In this document: positions 1-13,140 of the stretch, piece after piece | Numbering within the stretch: position 1 is the stretch's first letter | How the letters are laid out: each line of letters starts with the position of its first letter | Assembly (NCBI RefSeq): GCF_009914755.1 | Contig: NC_060935.1 | DNA: 64,000 nucleotides | From: the human T2T-CHM13v2.0 reference genome, Homo sapiens | Direction: 5' to 3' (one strand) | Position numbers and translations under genes: made by a program | The notes under the pieces: model-generated | What the model saw: only the letters and a program-made list of their open reading frames with translations | The model's database searches: none | Told to the model about the DNA's origin: nothing

Positions 1-527
1 AGCCCATCGATCTAACTCAGAGGCTGCTACTGAGGATGCCAGGGGAGAGGGTGTCAAAAGGTCAGAGCTCCTTCTCTCTTACCTTTTCAAAACTATCTTT
101 TCCAGGGGCCCTCCCTGATTTAGCACCTCTTCACCCAGCTCAAGAGTCCCCAGTCACACTGGATAGGGACAGGAAGAAACAGACACCACACCTTGGCTCC
201 TGTCCCTTCTGCTGGAAGTCCCTTGGGGGAGGGCAGGGGTGGTATCTGGGTACACAGTCCCCAGCCACGGTCGGACAAGCCCGATTCCTGGTGATGGGGT
301 AATGCACACGCAGCTCTTGGGTGGCCTAGCTCAGAAATACATTGAAGAGCCAGTTTTCAAAGATGCAGAGGCCGATTGGGCCCTGTGCCACAGAGTTGTC
401 AGAGAACTGCCCGCTCTCAGGCTGCAGGAGACAAGGCCTAGATTTAAGGGGAAGGAGATTGTTTCCTTGGGGATTCGTGTAGGGTTCTTTGAAGCAGTCA
501 GCCCAACAAAAATCCCCAGGGACCAAG

Positions 528-542
528 CAACTGACTCAGTTG
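528..542. promoter_or_regulatory. AP-1 site TGACTCA at the centre of palindrome CAACTGA-C-TCAGTTG
   Basis: Exact TGACTCA at 532-538 with perfect 7-bp inverted arms; function not shown. Confidence 0.35.
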
Positions 543-2794
543 GTCTCCTTCTCCCCTGCCCTCCTAGGGAGCTGGATCTGAGCTAGGAAGGAGGGTGGGT
601 GCCTGCTTTCCAGCAGGGGCCAGCCTAGAGAGGAATCAGCATGCCCCAGGGGAAGTCGGATGGGCAGGAATGGGCTGAGCTCCAGCTGCCAGCCTCCAGA
701 GCCGCTCTTACACTGGAAGGCATTCACCCCCTGGAGCAGGATCACCTTGTACAGATGATCAGAGTGGGTACATGGAATGCTTCCTCCCCTGTCAGTTCTC
801 AGGAAGGCATCGAGACCCTGTGCAGAGGAGGAAGGGCAATAGAGAGCTCCAAGGAGGTCTCCAGCGCTATTTTGAGAGGAGTTCCTCCTAAGTAACAAGA
901 GCCTGGCAGGGAGCCTCCTCCCACTCTGGCTCCCCTGTTGCCCTTCCCCGCCTGCCTCCCTCTCCCTCCTCTTCCCCCATAAACCCTCGCGCTCCTGCTG
1001 GGGCACTGCAGGTAACAGAGGGAGCTCAGCGCAGCGCTGACTCGGCTCTTGGAGCTGGAGGACAACGGGCTCTGCAGGGAGCCCGCCTCCCCCCACACAC
1101 ACCCACCTCACAGCTCCTCCCCAGAACAACACCAAGAGGTGCATCTCGCCTTCCCCGAGCTACCCCCTGGTGGTAACCAGAGCCCCGGTCTCAGGATGGG
1201 GAAACTGCAGGCAGGAGATTCTCTACTTGCACTAACTTAAAGTTAAATGTCCACAAACCCTTCTGCCACTTGGGTAGGGATTGAGTGGACGCTACCTGGA
1301 CAAACTTTTAGGAGCTTCCTCCTGCTGCACTGAGGTCTTCTCTCTACCCCTCCCTACTCACCACTCCCTTCCTCCAGCTCAGAGCACTGGCTTGCCCCTA
1401 GCCAGAGTCTCAGCGTCCACTGAAGTTTGGCAGGTGCCGAGGGGGTTAACAGGACAGCATGTACCAAACCAACCCGCAGGCACGCGGCTTAGCGGTCCAG
1501 CAAGGAACACCGCACAGAGTCCACCTCACACCAGCGAGTTGGAGTAAAGATAAACTCTTTCTGAATCCTTCTCCCAAGGAGAGTCGATCGCTTCTTCTCA
1601 CTCCTCTCTGCTTTCTAGGGGCTCTGGGCAGAGGCAGGTAGGCAGCCACCTCCTCAATCCCTCCCTTCCTCTGTTTCTGTTTTCTGCCAGGTTCTGTCCA
1701 AACATCCTTTCAGGCTGAGATGGGTAGGGAGCCCCAGACAGATGAGCTCATTGGAAGGAGGAGGGCAGAGGGAGGAGGGAGCTGAAATATCCTGACCAGA
1801 GGGATGCTCACCGGCCAGTCCCGAGCTGGAGAGGGTGTGTGCCCACTTCCGGGAGCAGGTATGTGCTGCCCTTGCAGTAGCTCCGAGATGGGGTGAGTCC
1901 TGGACATCTCTTTACTATAGGCCACATTGGGGTGGGGTTTGAAGCCCCCGGACAGGGTGTCAACCACCCTACCCAGCACCCCAGAGCTATATTTCTCTCT
2001 CTGCTTCATGGATCACCATGGCCCCCTGCCTGCCCATCAAGGGAGGATGGTGGCTCAGGAGGGCTGGGAACTGGAGGCTTTGGGAAGGTTTGTCATTCAT
2101 TGCAGCCTGCCGCTCACAGGACTGCCTTGTCAGCTGAATAGTCAGATGCCCTCCTGGCCTGGCTTTGAAATGGGCACCTGAGACAGACTGGCCAAGCCAG
2201 AAGCACAGCACAGCGCGGAGTACCCGGCAGGACTCCCCAGATGCTCTGGTTTCATGCATTAGGAGCATTTTAATGTGGGAGCAGTGGGTCTTGCAAAGTG
2301 AGGGGAGAGGGAGGATGTGGACCTGGAGAGGAAATGCGGCAGAGAAGGTGGGGGGCAGAGGAGAGGAAGAGAGGAGGCCTGGGAGCAGAGGAGAGTCTTC
2401 CTGAGTCGAGGGCAACTTAAAGTTGGAATGTGGCTCAGGCTGAAGGGGACGGGTGGGGACAGGGAGACAATTGTTTAGTAGGTGAAGCAGAGGATACACA
2501 GGCTTTTGGCAGGAAGGGAGTGGAGCGAGAAGCCAGGGGAGGAGAAGGTGGCCAGCAGATGCTGCAGCTGTTTGCACAGAGCTGTGGGGCCAAGGGCCAG
2601 GCCATGTAGGGGTGGGCAGGAGGGGCCCGCCGGGAAAGCGTGGCCTCTGCTCACACTTTTGCCCTTATGCTGTTGTCCATGGTCATTTTAGGGTTGGTTC
2701 CAAGCCACCCTTCCCTCACCCACAAGTGTTCGGTCTGCGAGAGCCCAGTTCACTGTCCTTTCTCCTGGTGTCATGTAATGGCTTTGGTTCATCA

Positions 2795-3000
2795 GGCCTT
2801 GAGTGTGAATTTGGCTCTGCTGTTTCCTAGCTGTGCCACCTTGTTTGTACACATACTTATAATACTGCAGAACTTTGTTTCCTCATGTGTAAAAATGAGA
2901 AAAGAATGCATTTGGACGGGGCCTTGCCCTAAGGATGAAGTAAGCTGATATACATCAAATACCTAGATCAGCACCAGGCACAGAGTAGGTACTCAGTAAA
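2795..3000. mobile_element. MIR SINE fragment
   Basis: MIR core-like 'tttcctcatgtgtaaaaatgaga' and 'gcaccaggcacagagtaggtactcagtaaa'. Confidence 0.6.
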
Positions 3001-3649
3001 CAGTGGCTCTTCTTATTGATCTAGCCAAGAGTCCCATACCTTCCTCCTTCAATGCCCTTCAAGTTCAAGATGGCCATGAAATCCACCCCTTAGCCCTTCC
3101 AGCAGGCTCAGCTCCAGTGGACAGCCTGCACGGGTATGAGCAAGCTATGGGGGGAGTTGAGGGAGATGTTGACAGATTTGGCAAAGCTGGGAGCACTCAG
3201 GGATAGGGAGGCAGGGAGGACTTGTATCTTCCATCTACAGTCTTGACTGGAAAGACAGGAGTTTCTGACCTGGCTGGTGGGCCTAGGAAGGCAAGCTAGA
3301 CTTGGCCTCATCTTTGGAAAGAAGCTCCCCAAGGTCACCTGTCTTCAAATTTCCCACCCTCTCCCAGCGTATTTCTCACTGTACATAGAGGTTCACCCAC
3401 ACCCCCCACGTCCCCACCACTGATAGATCAGATACAGAAGAACCAGGTAAAGCGGTACAGGGGTATAGAGGGGACCTGGGGAAGACCACAACTGAGTAAG
3501 AAAGCAGAGGGCCAGACACGTGTGCATGTTTGCCGGTGTATGTGTTATACTTATCTTCAGGCAAGCAAGACTTTTATCCCACTTCTATGATTTGAGTCCT
3601 AAAAAGAAGACTGCAGAGGGCCATTATCAGTAGACTTAAAGGCTATCTA

Positions 3650-3890
3650 AAAGTATGCCCTGATATAGGAACTTTCTCAACAACACCCCTAAGTTATGCT
3701 TAAATACCTTCTGGGATGGGGATTTCATTACCTCAAAAACTCGACCCTCTGCACAGCTCTGATTTACACTGGATGAATATCTGTCTCTCCCTGCCAGTCC
3801 TAATGTCTTGCCTTGGGACAGAATGGGACAAGTCTAATCCCTGTCCCTGAGGCTACAGCCTGGGCCACTCTATCAGTCAACAGCCACGCT
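3650..3890. mobile_element. L3/CR1-like fragment
   Basis: 'tgcttaaataccttctgggatggggatttcattacctc' resembles the L3/CR1 3' region. Confidence 0.35.
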
Positions 3891-6244
3891 ATCGGTCAAC
3901 TTCCCCTCCTGGCTGAACACACCCTACTCTTCTGCCCATTTGCCCACAGGAAGAACTCTGAATCTGTTGGGGCTAACCGTTCCTAGTCCCTTTGCCACGT
4001 GTTTACTGGGAATGTGTCCCACTTGAGAAGCAGAGGCAACTGTGGTTGGGATAGAGGTGACTTTGCCAGGGCCATAGGGGAAAGCCCCTCCCATGGGATC
4101 CAAAGTAGCCAAGCTGAATGCCTGGCACCCACTTGCCCTTCCTTCCCCAGCACCTCCTAGACCTGAAGGTCATTATTGCCAGAGAAAAGACAAAGTTGCC
4201 ATACCAGGCCACCGACTCCCCCATCCCAACTCATCTATTCCCATCACCTCTTCCCCAGGGCCTTGCTCCCTTTTCTCCTAGGCTAGGCTCCACTGACCGC
4301 CCCCCACGACATCCATGTGCCATGTCAGGATGCCAGGATGTGGTTCTCAGCGGGGCTTCCTTCCCCAGGCCCTCCGGAGCCCTCATCCACTGGGCTGCTG
4401 GAGCCTGTCCTAAGGAGTAGCTGGCACTCTGGACATCAGCTTGGTAGCAGGCAGCCAGGAGTGACTAAAACATGGTGGGTTTTGGGGTGTGATTCTGTAG
4501 GAAGAGTCGGGGGCAGCAGTGCTACCAGGACTTTCTGAGAAGAGTTCCTGCAGAGCCCTTCCCGTGCGGACCTTCTGAGCCCCCAAAGAACCAATGAAGA
4601 AGGCCAGGAGACCTAGTAGGGACCTGCCAGTTGTTCTGTGTCCAGTTCTGTGTCCAGTTGCCCAGCCTGCACCCATCAGACACTATCCCAGGCTGCTGTC
4701 ACCTGAAGATGATTTGATACTACGTTCCACCCTTGCAAGATGGGAGGGAGATAAGTAGCCTAAGAGGGGCCCATATGCAAACTGACATGAGTCACATCAT
4801 GCTGATGGGGGGTGGGAACAGGACTCTGGGAACTAGTGCCAAAGGACATGAGCCTATTTGCCCAGGGACATCAGCTCAGCCTAGGGAAGGCCTTGACTGG
4901 GGGAAGAGAGACTTGGGTTCTATCCCAGGCTCTGTCATTAGCCAACTGTATGACTTTGGGCAAATCACGTTCCCTCTCTGAACCTCAGCTTTGAAAACTG
5001 GGCCCTTAAGGAAGCATGAGTGCCTCTTCTGCACCAACTCAGGCCAAGCTGGGGAGGGAAGGGGAGGGGTCTGGGCTGGTGCATGCTGCTGTGTCAAGCA
5101 CTAGACCCAGCACCTGTGGACTGCAGGAAGAATAGCGGACTTGGAGCCTGCCAGACTCTGTCTGTACTTGACTCATCATGTCGCCTTAAGCATGTCACTT
5201 CTCTGTTCTGGTCTTCAGTTTCCCCTTTAGAACAACGAGGGGCCTTGACAGGTATTCCTGGGGGCCCTCCCATCTCTGCTGTTGTAAAGGTCTACTCCGT
5301 CACCCCTAATCCTTTTGGCCCAGATTCCTATTCCCTAGCAACCATCCATGGGCAGGCCGATGGCTATCCCACTGGGATACCCCATGCATGGGGTGTCCAG
5401 TGGGAACTGGGAAGCTCTTGTACAGGTACCTCCACCTCAATTGAGGGGCACAGGAGACCAATAATTTTGAGCACCAGGGTGGCAACTATCCCTTCCCCCA
5501 CCAAGGCAGCTTGTTCTGCAATCGAAATTCATCCACCCCGCCCCAGGCAGGCTGGGCCATAGAACCCAAATTTAGGGGAGATGCCTGAACCAAATCCAGC
5601 CTTCCCAGAAACCAGGCCCAGTTCGTGACTACCAAGACCCTCTTCCCCAGGGCCTTGCTCCCTTTTCTTTGACCGTAGGAAGAACTCTCAATCTGTTGGG
5701 GCAAACTGTTCCTTAATCCCTTTGCCACCTGGTCCCCAAAACCAAGTGTTTGGGGGAGAAGCCCAGTGAGGAAGATGCTGCTGGCCTGGCTGAATATCAG
5801 GGGCCTGTGTCCATCCTGGAAGGAACCAGCCAGAATCCCTGGTGCCTTCTGCTGCTCAGTCCGTGTCCCTCGCCCAAATGTTCCTATCTGTTAAGTAGAG
5901 AAGCATCCCCCCGCAACACCCCATTCTTGGAAGGACTCAGGCTCCAGGGATAGACATCCTTTTAAACCAAGGGAACTTTGGCTCTGTTGAATACCAGCCA
6001 CCTTTGTTTAACACTGCCACCTCCAGTCTGACTTCTCTCCCAAGTGGCAGCTGTCATCCTTTAAGCCATTAGAACCACAAATATCAAGGTCCTCTTGGCG
6101 TATTCCTAACTACTAACCACTGGTGAGGGTCTCTGGGTCTCCAGGGAGCAGACAGGAATGAGACAGAAACCAAGAGAAAAGTAGGAACCAACTACCTAAG
6201 TATGTCCTTGCCATTCAGCAAGTTGAGGTTTTTCTTGCTGAAAA

Positions 6245-6443
6245 GGGTTAGCCAGCCCGTCTCTCTTTGCAGTGGTCCTTAGTTAGGAGGAAGACACAGA
6301 TGGGGGTGGTGGCAGGGTGAGGTTCTGAGAGAGCAGGAGAGGCTGGAGCAGTTGAGAAAGTCAGCAGACTGAAACCACCAGAGCGTGGTGGCCGGAGCAT
6401 GCAGCCAGAAGTGGGGCTCGAACCCCAGAGTAGGAAGAGGAAG
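6245..6443. repeat. Copy 1 of a ~200-bp local direct duplication (partner 7991-8190)
   Basis: Both copies begin gggttagccagcccgtctctctttgcagtgg and end taggaagaggaag; ~90% identical by eye. Confidence 0.9.
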
Positions 6444-6465
6444 GTAAGCCTGGTAAGCCTCCTAG

Positions 6466-6467
<2 letters not shown>

Positions 6468-6503
<36 letters not shown>
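6468..6503. repeat. (GA)n microsatellite, ~18 units
   Basis: Direct reading. Confidence 0.95.
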
Positions 6504-6506
<3 letters not shown>

Positions 6507-7213
6507 TGGTGCAAGGGAGAGAGGGAGAAATGCAAAGAGACGGAAGAATGAAGAGCAAGGGAGAAAAAAAGGCCTGTCTGGGACAGTGGAGCCCCTAGCC
6601 AGGAGGTTGCCCTTGGTCCTAAACTTCTTAGGGCTGCTTTGGCACATATATATAGGATCCAGCAGTATGTAGATGGGACATGAGCCACCTGAACCTTCCC
6701 ACAGCCACCCTTCTCCATGAACTGCATGAGGGCAGACTCTGACCAGCTGTCATCTATTCTTTCTGAGTCCAGAGGAGGCAAAAGAAATGTCTAATCCAAC
6801 ACCTTTGGGGAACAGAGCAGGAAGGATGGCCTGTCTGCCCATGCAAAGGACAGGCAACATCCGCATGACAGTCAGCCTTGGGAGCTTCCGGGGTTGTCTT
6901 CATCCCCAAAATAATCGAGAGCCCTCCAAGAAGTAGGTGTTCAGCCACTCTGTTCCAGGGTGAGCGGAGTCCCCAGGGGGTTGGGGAAGGCAAAGGGATG
7001 AAACATCTGTGGGGGCACAAGTGTGGGGTAGACAACCTTCCCCTTGTGAGGCAGGGGCATTGAGGCCCTCAGATGCTGGAGATCTGGCAGCGCCAATGGG
7101 ATTACCAGGAAAGGAGCACCTAGGGTTCCAGTTAAGATCCTGGTGAAGCATCAGCCTACCCTGCCCTGAACCCCTGAATAAAGCCACACTCGAGGGATTT
7201 TCAGGGGAGATAG

Positions 7214-7219
7214 TTTATT
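7214..7219 (-). terminator. SCN2B: SCN2B polyadenylation signal AATAAA
   Basis: TTTATT on plus strand; fits the long SCN2B mRNA. Confidence 0.75.
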
Positions 7220-7575
7220 GTCGCCAGTAGACCCAAACAATAAGACAAATTGCAAAAGAAACTCAGTCTGCTCCCAAAAGCAGATACATCCCAGCAGTCG
7301 AGTCACAGAGGGCCATCTCAGTTTCTCTCCCCTTCCAACCACCCCTTCCAACCTCTCTATAGCACACACAACCAAGAAAGTGCATATGTAGTTGGGTTTT
7401 CCCCTCCAAGTGCACAAAGCGCAAGAACATTCCAAAATTTGCCTTTGGTGAATCAACTCAAAACACTGAGAAGTTATTACACCTCCCCACACACACACAG
7501 TGTAACTTTTGGGGTGGGTGTGGTGAGATGTTTGATATTTGTATATATAATATATCTATACCTAGAGAGAGAGAC

Positions 7576-7583
7576 TATGTACA
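7576..7583 (-). promoter_or_regulatory. Pumilio element UGUACAUA in the distal SCN2B 3'UTR
   Basis: Exact UGUANAUA match next to an AU-rich block (7530-7560). Confidence 0.4.
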
Positions 7584-7990
7584 GTGCATCAGCAAGCTTC
7601 AATAAAGGAAGACGCCAGCAAGAGGCACAGCAAGAGACACAGGCTGTCCATCTTTAAGACATAAGTAGGAAGGAAGATTTCTTGCTTCATCACCCGTTAA
7701 CTGCACCAAGCCATTCCTATGGCCTGGAACTATCCTTTTGGACCTGCCCAGTATTTTCAATTGTCTGTCTGCTTAACCTGACCTTGCAAATATTTACCAG
7801 CCCAACCTCCCCAAGGAGACTCGCAGAGAGAAACATGGATCCGATCAGCTTTTCCTTTTTATAAACTGGAAATAACTATGAAGAGTCCATAGCTAGGGGG
7901 CAGATAGCTATTTCCAAAGCCAGTTCCAAGGCACCTCAAAGCAGTTCAGTCCTGAATAATTGTGCTTTGTTCTTATAAGCTAAATCCCAT

Positions 7991-8190
7991 GGGTTAGCCA
8001 GCCCGTCTCTCTTTGCAGTGGCCCTTAATTAGGAGGAAGAGACAGATGGGGGGTGGGGGCAGAGGGAGGTTCTGAGAGAGCAGGAGAGGCTGGGGCAGTT
8101 GAGAAAGTCAGCCGACTAAAACCAGCAGAGCGTGGTGGTGGGAACATGCAACCAGAAGTGGGGCTCGAACCCCACGGTAGGAAGAGGAAG
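7991..8190. repeat. Copy 2 of the ~200-bp duplication, inside the SCN2B 3'UTR
   Basis: Aligns with 6245-6443. Confidence 0.9.
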
Positions 8191-9733
8191 AACTTGTCAG
8201 CATAAGTTAGGAAACAGGGTAGGGAAATGGCTGCTGTGGAAACATCTCTCTGGTTTTCCACCTCTACTTACAGAAGCCCCATTTTGCTCCCAACTTCACC
8301 ATCCTGGGGGAGGCAGCTCTATGAGTCCTCTGGAGGAGATTCTAAGAGGCTCCAGAAGAAAATGCATATGAGGGCTGAGCACCTGGGACAGAGATGGTTC
8401 CTGACCCAGCCCCATCTGCTGGGGCCCTGAGGCCCGTGAAGAGACATTGCTTTTCCTGGGCCCCAGTTGATCAGGGCAGAGGAAAAAAAGACTCCAGGAA
8501 TCTTGGGCTTCTTGATGGAGAGTTAGAACTTCTTAGAATACACTAGGAAAGCCCGCAAATAATTCCCCTAAATGTTATGGATCCTGGAAAAAGATAAGTT
8601 CCCAACATCAGCACAGCTCCTCACTCATCCTGGGAGAGAAGGACACTTAAAGGGTGACCAAAAAAATGAAATCTGCAAGCTGCAGAAATGTATACAACCA
8701 CTCTTGGTCTCAGCTGGCATGAGGTGCCCGCCACCCACCTCTCTGCCCCCAGCTGGCTGGCTCAAGGATGGGCAGCGTCCATCTGCTGCAGGCATCCTGG
8801 CGGCTTAGCCCACCCGCATTGGCAGTGTGTTGATTGGCAGTTAGGTACTGAGCTGATGAGTTTAGCATTTCCAGATGGGCTTGACTCGCTCACCTCACCC
8901 AGGTGTTACCAGGCTGGTTGCCCATCCCCCACTCTGCACCCACTCTGCCTGGCCTCTGCACCCTTGACCCTGTTGTATTGCCCCTCTTCCCTGCTGTTTC
9001 TCCCTTCCCAGGGCACAGATTCTAGAATCTCTTCATCTTCCCCAACTGTAGCCTTGGAAGCAGTGTCTTGCAGAGGTGGAATTAGATGCACCAAAAAGTT
9101 AATCTTGGTCCCTACAGTGCCAACCTGGCAGTCCCCAGTGCTTATGGCTTTGTGTATATCCCCAGTGCCCGGCACAGTGCCTGGCACATAATAGATGCTC
9201 AATAAATGGTTGCTGAATTGAAGCAAATTAAGCTGAATCTCCCAGATGATATTGCTGTCTCCCCAAATTGGCAATCTGATGGGCAGAGGCAGGGATTGGT
9301 CCCTGAGACTGTCACGGTCCTGTCTCCACCCCCTTTCCTAGACTTATTCCCTACCCTGGGCACCTGACTCCTTGAGTAGGGGTGGGGCAGAGCTCCTGGA
9401 AAGGCTGGGAAGTGCTGGGGCAGGGAATGGGGCATTTGCCAGCAGCTGTGCCCTTCACACTTGCTCCCTCCCTCCCTGCTTCCCTCCACTCCTCCTCAGT
9501 CCTGGCCAGAGGGGCTGGGCTCCTGGGAGGGGGCAGGGCTAGAGAAGCCCACCCCTCCAACTCGCCCCATCATAGACCAGGACACAGAGGCCCCTCCCAC
9601 TGGGAAAATGATGGCTCTGTTGCTTCAAACTGGAGACTGAGGAGCCAGAGAAGAGGGCAGGACCCTCAGTTTCTGTCAGTTGGAACCTCAGTTTCCCCAT
9701 TTTAAGTGAGTGACTTGGCTAGTTGATCTCTGA

Positions 9734-10151
<418 letters not shown>

Positions 10152-11275
10152 TACAATTGTCACTTTTGTCCCCACGAAGGGAGTTGTTGGGAGAGGAGCG
10201 AGTAGCGTGGCCGCAGATGGGACAGGGCTGGCATTGGCAGCTCAGGTTCCAAGGCCTCCCCTTATGCCGGCCTCAGGCTTTCCCTTCCCTCTCTGTAGCC
10301 AAAAGCCAGGTGGAAACCCCACCAAGGGCAACTGGGAGAGTTCTCACTGAAGCCCCAAAGAAAGCTGCCCCACCCTGTGCATGGCCTCCTCATTTCCCAG
10401 CCTTGGCTGCCCCTGCCCAGGCGAGGGTGGTTACCCCATGGAGAAGGCAGAGCCTGCAGCAACCTGCATTCACCATGGAGCCCCACCCCTCAGCCCCTCA
10501 GCTGACTTTGAAACTGGCCTCTGTTGGTGGGTCCCCGCTGGGAAACATGGCCCCCTACCTGGAGCTGCTCTTCCAGTCTGGCCTCATCCACAGTCCTAAG
10601 GGATTAGGAGCCAACAGGAGCCCCAAGGAGGCCACTAGCAATGGAAACGAGGGCCCAACATGGCCTCCTGGGCCAGGGCACATGTCCAGCTTTGCCTGCA
10701 GCCCTGGCTTTCCGTCAGTGCCCTGGAATGCACAGTCATCCCTTTAACATGCCCCTCCAAGTTTCAGGAACTCATCGTCACCTCCAGCCTGATGGCTGCT
10801 CTGGGCTGGGAGCAGGGGAGGAGCACAGCCGTGCCAGGCCAAGGCCCTCCTGAGGGAGCGCTGTCAGCACAGGAAAGCCCTCCCTCCCCACCAGGTCCTC
10901 TCTGAAGCCACTGCCAGGCCAAGCACTGGGCAGGTGGACAGCGGCCCCCTCCTCTACCCCTGCCCACCCACTCCCTTCTCTCTGGGGACCCTCACATGTG
11001 CCTCCTGCCTCCCCCCAGGGACTGGCAGGTGGGAGCCCTTTCTCTCCTCTCCCCAGGGCCCACACGTCCCAGAGCATGGCAGGTTTCTCGGATGGAAGAG
11101 AGTGGGTCACTCTTGGTGCAGGGTGGGAGATACGAAGTCGGGGGTTCAGGAGGCCCCAGGTGGGCCCTGGGGTCCTAGGTCACGGGAAGCACACCAAGAG
11201 CGAGCAGGCAGGGTCACTGTACAGGGCGGAGAGGGGAGGAGACGGGACACGGGAGGCTGCAGGGCCGGCCACCCA

Positions 11276-11475
11276 CTACTTGGCGCCATCATCCGGGTTG
11301 CCTTCACCGTCCGTCTTGCCCTCCTCCTCGGTCTTCAGGTCATCTGTGCTCAGCTTCTGCTCTTTTTTTCTCCTCACACACTTGACCACCATCAGCACCA
11401 AGATGACCACAGCCAGGAAGCCCCCGACGGAGGCACCCACAATCACGGCCACCGTGGAGTCCCGCTCAGGGGGCT
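11276..11475 (-). CDS. SCN2B: SCN2B exon 4 coding part: TM helix and cytoplasmic tail
   Basis: EPPERDSTVAVIVGASVGGFLAVVILVLMVVKCVRRKKEQK...PDDGAK*; acceptor ttccag; TAG at 11278-11276. Confidence 0.99.
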
Positions 11476-11689
11476 CTGGAAAGGAATCAGAGCCACTGAG
11501 CACCAGGGCTGGGAAAGGGGCCTCCCCCATCACCCCACTACCCGTGGCATGCGTGGAACCATCCTGACTTTACTCTCCTCCACAGACAGGACTTTAGCAA
11601 AGCCGAAAAGCAATCCAGTGACTGACCCTGAAGCGCCGCCACCTCCAAATCCCAGGACACCCAAAGCCCCCAGAGGAGCTAGTGTGATG

Positions 11690-12245
<556 letters not shown>

Positions 12246-12473
12246 CCATTATTAAGACTGGGATTATATTCTGTATCATTACCAGGACTCTCTGGGACAT
12301 GTTCCCAGGTTCTTGAGGACTAGAGGGAAGAAAATGGATTCCTTCTATGCAGCACAAATGGTTGCTCCCATCCTCAGGAGGGCCTGGCCTCCCCAAAGTG
12401 CCCTGAGCAAATGCCGCAGAGAGTAGGTGGGTGGGAAAGGTCAGGGCCCCGCAGCTGGCACCCCAGCCTTCAC

Positions 12474-12684
12474 CTTCCATGAGGACCTGCAGATGGATCT
12501 TGCCATGGCCACGGTGGCGGTCAGGGGGGTTCATGATGTAGCAGTTGTAAATCCCCTCATCCTCCGGCTGCACGTTTCTCAGCATCACCGACACATCGTA
12601 CTTGCTGGGGTTCCCTGAGAACTCCACGCGGTCTTGAAACCGCTCCAGCTTCAGGTTAATGATCTTCATGCGGAACTGGAGGAA
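12474..12684 (-). CDS. SCN2B: SCN2B exon 3: second half of the Ig-V domain
   Basis: FLQFRMKIINLKLERFQDRVEFSGNPSKYDVSVMLRNVQPEDEGIYNCYIMNPPDRHRGHGKIHLQVLME; 211 nt; ccccag / G|gtgaag. Confidence 0.99.
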
Positions 12685-12973
12685 CTGGGGTTGGAGCAAG
12701 GGACAGGATGGGTGGCTGGATGAGCAAGGAACTACAAGGACAGTGAGGATGCCCCCTCTTCCCATCCACCCTTTTCCTGGGGAAGAGAGGCAGTTACCTC
12801 TGTGAGGCACCTGGATGCGCAGCACACCTTGTTTCAAGAGCCTCCAGAGCACGCAGCCCACCCAGGGTCCTCTGGGGCCCTAGCGCAGTGCCGGGGCCGG
12901 TGGTGGGACCAGGGGCTTCATGCCATGGGGCTCCTACCTCCTCCCCTGCCCCTGCCTTCAGCCCAGGACTCAC

Positions 12974-13140
12974 CATCTCCTCAGAGCAGTTGTTGCACTC
13001 CTGGTAAGTCCAGTTCAGGGAGAACTGTTTGTGGTTCACTGTGTAGCAGGAGTTGAAGGTGCAGGGCAGGCGGGCGTCAGAGCCATTGAGGACGTTGAGG
13101 GTGGCAGGTACTGTGACCTCCATGCTCCGTCCTGGTGGCA
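12974..13140 (-). CDS. SCN2B: SCN2B exon 2: signal-peptide end and first half of the Ig-V domain
   Basis: PPGRSMEVTVPATLNVLNGSDARLPCTFNSCYTVNHKQFSLNWTYQECNNCSEEM; 167 nt; ctgcag / ATG|gtgagt. Confidence 0.99.

Noticed and set aside
641-895. 'RVGTWNA' resembling the N-terminal motif of an APE-type LINE endonuclease
   Set aside because: No downstream QE/GDFN/SDH motifs in frame; likely chance
1-1700. SCN4B exon 1
   Set aside because: No MPGAGDGGKAPARWLG-encoding sequence found; SCN4B should start left of the window
2967-2987. RE1/NRSE-like tcagcaccaggcacag
   Set aside because: The GGACAG half-site is broken and the sequence is a MIR end
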